Source: a bacterium (GTDB lineage Bacteria > Electryoneota > Electryoneia > Electryoneales > Electryoneaceae). From it: DNA of 64,000 nt. Below, piece after piece: positions 60,820-64,000 of the stretch. Position 1 is the first letter of the stretch. Each line of letters opens with the position of its first letter. Where the stretch lies: contig CAXXKJ010000002.1 in NCBI GenBank assembly GCA_963675295.2, forward strand, positions 4,320,001 to 4,384,000, given 5' to 3'. The notes beneath the pieces were generated by a model. It had not been told where the DNA came from. It searched no databases and was given only the letters and a program-made list of their open reading frames with translations. A program made the position numbers and the translations under genes.

Positions 60820-62433
60820 CAGACTGCTGACAAAGTCCCCACGGGCTCTCGACCTGTGGGGATTTGTTTTGTATCTTTGTAGATGCTACCTACTTCCAAA
60901 GCTCATCAAAGCGCAGCGGAGCTTATTTACATTGACGATTTGGTCCCGGACGATCATCTTTTGCGGAAGATTGATGCGGCAATTGATTTTTCGTTTATCC
61001 GGGATCGTGTAAAGCATCTCTACAGCGCCGACAATGGCCGTCCGGCTGTTGACCCTGTCCTTCTGTTCAAGATGTTGTTCATCGGTTACCTGTACGGAAT
61101 TCGGTCCGAGCGTCAGCTGGTGCGTGAGATCCAGGTCAATGTTGCCTATCGCTGGTTCCTCGGGCTGGATCTGCGTGACAAGGTGCCGGACGCGTCCACG
61201 ATCAGCCAGAATCGACGACGCCGTTTCCGTGAAAGCACCATCTTCCAGGAGATCTTCGACGAGATCGTGCTGCTGGCGATCCGTCGTGGCCTGGTCGATG
61301 GCCGGGTCTTGTTCACCGATTCGACGCACCTGAAAGCCAGCGCGAACAAGAAGAAGTTCAAGAAGCGGCAGGTGACAGTGGCGACGAAGTCGTATCTGTC
61401 CGATCTGGAAGAGGCGGTGGATGCGGATCGCCTGGCGCATGGCAAAAAGCCACTGAAGAAACGTGACAATGACGATTCATCACCGCCGGCGACAAAGGAA
61501 ATCAAGGTCAGCACCACCGATCCGGACAGCGGCTTCATGGTGCGGGACGGCAAGCCGCAGGGCTTTTTCTACCTTGACCACCGTACCGTAGACAACAAGG
61601 CCGGAATCATCACCGACACGCATGTCACCCCCGGCAATGTGCATGACAGCACCCCCTACCTTGAGCGCCTCGATGCGCAGATCTGCAAATTCCACTTCCC
61701 GGTGGAAAGGGTCGGTCACGACGCCGGCTACAATACCGCCGCCATCTGCAAGGGGCTGGAGGATCGAAAGATCGACGGCGTGATCGGCTCGGTACGTACG
61801 ACACGCAAGAAGGGAATGCTGGCAAAACGACTGTTTGTGTACGATTCGCTGGGGGATGTCTACCACTGTCCCGGCGGCCAGACACTACCGTATCGCACGA
61901 CGACACGTGAAGGCTACCAGGAATATGTTTCCGACCCGTCGCGCTGTGTCCTCTGTCCCCTGTTGCAGCAATGCACCGAAAGCGCCAATCACCGCAAGGT
62001 GGTCACCCGGCACGTGTGGCAGGCCAGCCGTGAAAAGATGATCGCGACCGCTCGGACAGAACGCGGACGGGCCACGTACCGGCGACGACGGGAGACGGTC
62101 GAACGCAGCTTCGGCGAAGCCAAACAACTGTATGGCCATCGCTATGCCCGGCTGCGCTCGATAGCCGGAGCACGTGAACAATGCCTGCTGTCCGCCGCCT
62201 GCCAGAACATGAAGAAGATCGCCATGACAATGGCGAAACACCCCTCTATCTCAAGACTATGGACCTATTTAGCCGGTCTTCTATCCCAGCGCACCACGCT
62301 CAACGGTCTCGATAGAAAAATCGAGCGAAGAACCAAACACAACCTGCCAACTACACCACAAATCCAACCAGTAGGATGTGCCGTGTGAATACAAAACAAA
62401 CCCCATCAAATGACGGGGTTTGTCAGCAGTCTG
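60820..62433 (+). mobile_element. IS1182-family insertion sequence
   Basis: IRs cagactgctgacaaa / tttgtcagcagtctg; 16-bp direct repeat acggactttagtccgt at 60804-60819 and 62434-62449. Confidence 0.92.
60883..62388 (+). CDS. IS1182-family transposase
   Basis: LVPDDHLLRKID, GRPAVDP..LFKMLFIGYLYGIRSER, DSTHLKASAN, STTDPDSG, DAGY, RRETVERSF.EAK. Confidence 0.95.
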   Translation: MLPTSKAHQSAAELIYIDDLVPDDHLLRKIDAAIDFSFIRDRVKHLYSADNGRPAVDPVLLFKMLFIGYLYGIRSERQLVREIQVNVAYRWFLGLDLRDKVPDASTISQNRRRRFRESTIFQEIFDEIVLLAIRRGLVDGRVLFTDSTHLKASANKKKFKKRQVTVATKSYLSDLEEAVDADRLAHGKKPLKKRDNDDSSPPATKEIKVSTTDPDSGFMVRDGKPQGFFYLDHRTVDNKAGIITDTHVTPGNVHDSTPYLERLDAQICKFHFPVERVGHDAGYNTAAICKGLEDRKIDGVIGSVRTTRKKGMLAKRLFVYDSLGDVYHCPGGQTLPYRTTTREGYQEYVSDPSRCVLCPLLQQCTESANHRKVVTRHVWQASREKMIATARTERGRATYRRRRETVERSFGEAKQLYGHRYARLRSIAGAREQCLLSAACQNMKKIAMTMAKHPSISRLWTYLAGLLSQRTTLNGLDRKIERRTKHNLPTTPQIQPVGCAV

Positions 62434-62484
62434 ACGGACTTTAGTCCGTGGCATTGGACTTGCCCTGAATTCACGGACACTTTA

Positions 62485-63309
62485 CTACACCCGTTTGAAG
62501 TCCTTCATGGCTTCAGCGGGTGTTTTGTAGTTCAGGCTTGAGTGTCTTCTTTTGGTGTTGTAGAACCGTTCAATATACTGGTACAGGCTTCGTTTGGCAT
62601 CTTCACGTGTGCCATAGCGTGCGTCGTTGACTTCTTCGATTTTCAGCGTGCAGAAGAAGCTTTCGATCATAGCGTTGTCCCAGCAGTTGCCTTTGCGGCT
62701 CATGGACGGCAGCATCTGGCAAGAGGCAAGGGCCGCCTGGTATTGGTCGCTGGCGTATTGCGAGCCCTGATCGGAGTGATGGATCAGGCCAGCAGCGGGT
62801 CTGCGGCGTTGCTGTGCCATCATCAGACTGCGCAAGGTCAACTGGCGGGTCAGTCGCCTGGATGTTGCCCAGCCGACGATCATCCGCGTACCCAGATCCA
62901 GCACCGCCGCTAGATACAACCACCCTTCATCCGTGGCAATGTAGGTGATATCTGCCACCCAGGCCCAGTCGGGGACACCGGCGTCAAAGCGACGGGAAAG
63001 AAGATTCGGCGCCACAGCAGTCTGTCCGGAGGAACGGGTGGTTTGCGGACGATACCCGCGACGTTGTTTGGCACGTATGCGGTGCTCCCGCATCAGCCGC
63101 GCGACACGGTGACGTCCACAAGCAAACCCACGCGCCACAAGCTCGCGATGCATACGCGGGCTGCCATACGTAAAACGGACTTGCGGATGGATCGTACGTA
63201 TCACATCCACCAGAACCGCATTCTGACAGGCTCGCGCGCTGGGCGCACGGTCACGCCAAGCGTAATATCCACTGCGTGAAACACGCAAAAGACGGCACAT
63301 CACAGCCAC
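62485..63309 (-). CDS. IS3 transposase OrfB (DDE), likely fused to OrfA by -1 frameshift
   Basis: VSRSGYY, YGSPR, WVADITY, HHSDQGSQY, GNCWDNA..ESFF; frame is open back to the A7 run at 63381-63387. Confidence 0.93.
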   Translation of the reverse strand: MAVMCRLLRVSRSGYYAWRDRAPSARACQNAVLVDVIRTIHPQVRFTYGSPRMHRELVARGFACGRHRVARLMREHRIRAKQRRGYRPQTTRSSGQTAVAPNLLSRRFDAGVPDWAWVADITYIATDEGWLYLAAVLDLGTRMIVGWATSRRLTRQLTLRSLMMAQQRRRPAAGLIHHSDQGSQYASDQYQAALASCQMLPSMSRKGNCWDNAMIESFFCTLKIEEVNDARYGTREDAKRSLYQYIERFYNTKRRHSSLNYKTPAEAMKDFKRV

Positions 63310-63317
63310 GGGATAAA

Positions 63318-63638
63318 TCAGCGCCTTTTCCCGGATGAATCGGTACCGATGCTCGATTCCTTCCCGAAAAAGGCCATGGCTTTTTTTAAGATCTCGTTCT
63401 CCTGACGAAGACGAGCATTCTCGCGCTCTAGCTGGCGCTGCTTCGCTGCCGAACTGCGAACATGACCACTGCCCGGAAACGAATCCGATCCCTCGCGATC
63501 CAACTGACGCTTCCAGCGGCGAACAACGCTGGGATCCAAACCCATGTCCAAGGCAACTCGATTGCAGCGGAGGCCGCTGTCCTCAATCCGCTGCAAGACC
63601 TCCACCTTGAACGAACGGCTGAAGTGACGACGCTTCAT
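63318..63638 (-). CDS. IS3 transposase OrfA (HTH + leucine zipper)
   Basis: RRHFSRSFKVEVL, LERENARLRQENEILKKA; ggaggt RBS. Confidence 0.9.
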   Translation of the reverse strand: MKRRHFSRSFKVEVLQRIEDSGLRCNRVALDMGLDPSVVRRWKRQLDREGSDSFPGSGHVRSSAAKQRQLERENARLRQENEILKKAMAFFGKESSIGTDSSGKRR

Positions 63639-63792
63639 CGTGACCTCCTATCCTTCCAATATCGGACTTCTTTCACTGTCCGTGAAAAGAGGGGAGGTCC
63701 ACATAGAAAAGCCCGGCAACCAGCCGATTGCCGGGCTACAGGTTTTGCTCACCGCTAAGAGCTTACAACTCACCACTCACCACTGTCCCACC

Positions 63793-63999
63793 TCACCGTT
63801 CACCGAACTTGGTTCCGTCGCCCATCTGCTTGGTGACGGATTTCCAGTTCTTGGTGATGGCTTTCCAACGTTGTTTTGGATTCGCGGCCTGGACGGGGTC
63901 GTCCCGCCGGTCCATGTACGCCGCTTCCTTTTGCAGCTTGCGGTAGCTGTCCAGGCGTGCCGGGTCGAGTTCGCCGTTTTCGACGGCTTCGAGCACCGT
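63793..63999 (-). CDS. rsgA: Ribosome small subunit-dependent GTPase A, 3' end (partial)
   Basis: VLEAVENGELDPARLDSYRKLQKE resembles the RsgA C-terminal helix region; gene runs off the window. Confidence 0.7.
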   Translation of the reverse strand, partial: TVLEAVENGELDPARLDSYRKLQKEAAYMDRRDDPVQAANPKQRWKAITKNWKSVTKQMGDGTKFGER

Positions 64000-64000
64000 G

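Larger units (their letters stand above)
62455..63701 (-). mobile_element. IS3-family insertion sequence
   Basis: TG...CA ends with IRs tggacttgccctgaattcacggaca / tgtccgtgaaaagaggggaggtcca; 3-bp duplication CAT at 62452-62454 and 63702-63704. Confidence 0.93.

Overview
GC-rich chromosomal window, probably from an FCB-superphylum bacterium. This is inferred from many 'PNPFNP...SG.YF...K.TL.R' C-terminal sorting domains (CTD), a TonB-dependent receptor and Gln after signal peptides. Main contents: (1) about 15 secreted proteins built from a signal peptide, a variable passenger domain, a shared ~110-aa Ig-like module and a T9SS type-A-like CTD, including two tandem paralog arrays (4 genes at 1-6.2 kb; 7 genes at 35.8-50.9 kb with a lectin-like domain inserted into a split FN3 domain) that look mosaic, as if recombined; (2) a dissimilatory sulfur locus qmoA-qmoB-sat-aprB-aprA with no qmoC and with Rex-like operators; (3) housekeeping genes (nusB, upp, ilvE, acyl-CoA dehydrogenase, rsgA 3' end), a GH57 enzyme and lipoproteins; (4) IS30, IS1182 and IS3 elements, the last two inserted side by side in one REP-doublet element whose empty copy lies about 2.7 kb upstream; (5) many REP-like hairpins, a 96-bp tandem array and heptamer tracts. 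No rRNA, tRNA, CRISPR array or reverse transcriptase was recognised. All family assignments come from motif recognition by eye, not from database searches.
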